This document shows, in pieces, positions 63,969 to 64,000 of a stretch of 64,000 nucleotides of DNA. A program made the position numbers and the translations under genes. The DNA comes from a virus: the IMG/VR virus record IMGVR_UViG_3300045988_083449, positions 481 through 64,480 of that record; one strand, given 5' to 3'. A model generated the notes under the pieces. That model was not told where the DNA came from, made no database searches, and saw nothing but the letters and a program-made list of their open reading frames with translations. Position 1 is the stretch's first letter. Each line of letters opens with the position of its first letter.

Positions 63969-63996
63969 GGGAGTTCGAGACTCTCAGCATCCACCA
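63969..63996 (+). other. tRNA 3'-end fragment (T arm, acceptor 3' strand and CCA); candidate att core
   Basis: GGGAG-TTCGAGA-CTCTC-AGCATCC-A-CCA. No matching 5' acceptor strand (GGATGCT) or anticodon arm lies upstream. Confidence 0.6.
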
Positions 63997-64000
63997 AGGA

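Overview
The window is almost entirely a temperate, probably podovirus-like phage or prophage, since no sheath, tube or tape-measure gene is recognisable. All calls rest on motifs read by eye from the ORF track and the DNA; no searches were run.

Layout:
- 1-17736, mostly minus strand: early and replication-recombination genes. These include a Cas4-like PD-(D/E)XK nuclease, a Sak4-like ATPase, a plus-strand primase-polymerase/helicase block with an Hjc-like resolvase, a short tyrosine recombinase, a sigma-region-4-like HTH protein, and a CobT-like vWA plus CobS-like AAA pair. Many small ORFs are separated by intrinsic terminators.
- 17737-18016: a structured divergent intergenic region.
- 18017-21274 (+): terminase genes.
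- 21278-26574 (-): small accessory genes, including DUF1599-like and MazG-like proteins.
- 26589-27128 (-): a tRNA cluster. Gly-UCC and Tyr-GUA are canonical; two further tRNA-like genes have aberrant anticodon arms.
- 27135-27893: a 759-bp ORF-free, hairpin-dense region.
- 27894-62887 (+): the late operon, with portal, a lysis cassette, scaffold, capsid, a collagen-like protein, fibre genes, ejection-type giant proteins including a 3349-aa ORF, and antisense AT-rich morons.
- 62884-63906 (-): an integrase, followed by a tRNA 3' fragment at 63969-63996 that is a likely att core.

Headline candidate (37639-42189): three tandem mini-fibre paralogs end in tails with Cys at every third residue, carrying 5, 14 and 21 Cys. 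They are followed by an Ig-like protein and two translationally coupled radical SAM/SPASM enzymes. I read this as a RiPP-style maturation system acting on virion fibre proteins.

Other notable items are a stand-alone 64-aa NrdD-type glycyl-radical mini-protein (43045-43239), the ORF-free structured region beside the tRNAs, and the aberrant tRNA-like genes.
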